Shown here piece by piece: positions 63,983-64,000 of a stretch of DNA of 64,000 nt; position 1 is the stretch's first letter, and each line of letters begins with the position of its first letter. Under the pieces are notes generated by a model, which saw only the letters and a program-made list of their open reading frames with translations, ran no database searches and had not been told where the DNA came from. The stretch is from a virus. The stretch lies in UHGV virus genome UHGV-0131811. The stretch is one strand, 5' to 3'. The position numbers and the translations under genes were made by a program.

Positions 63983-64000
63983 TTTTGAATCTCCAATTTA

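Overview
The window looks like a large section of a tailed dsDNA phage genome with a contractile-tail (myovirus-type) structural module; the gene content is reminiscent of Felix O1-like phages, but that is only an impression from memory, not a search result. All calls are from reading the sequence and the ORF track by eye; no tool was run. Layout: (1) 1-5800, minus-strand replication genes (primase-helicase, dNMP kinase, probable SSB). (2) 6000-17300, plus-strand DNA metabolism genes (family A DNA polymerase, HNH-AP2 homing endonuclease, ATP-dependent DNA ligase, DHFR, thymidylate synthase) plus small unknown genes. (3) 17300-41200, minus-strand late module (two His-box tail fibers, baseplate, tape measure, chaperone pair with a probable -1 frameshift, tube, sheath, capsid, ClpP/S49-like protease, portal, large terminase). 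(4) 41440-47020, an array of about 27 minus-strand tRNA or tRNA-like genes interrupted by a few ORFs. (5) 47184-49052, a vWA-domain protein and a small basic protein. (6) 49300-57235, plus-strand small genes including a T4-type endolysin and an Ig-like repeat protein. (7) 57240-58855, a 1.6 kb non-coding region packed with TAACA(A/G)G repeats. (8) 58860-64000, 13 small minus-strand genes each behind a conserved 5' leader. The candidates I would look at first for something undescribed are the vWA protein beside the tRNA array (Ro60-like architecture, with tRNA-like fragments nearby), three class I tRNAs carrying leucine anticodons, the iteron-like non-coding region, and the GT-rich repeat blocks flanking a two-gene cassette.
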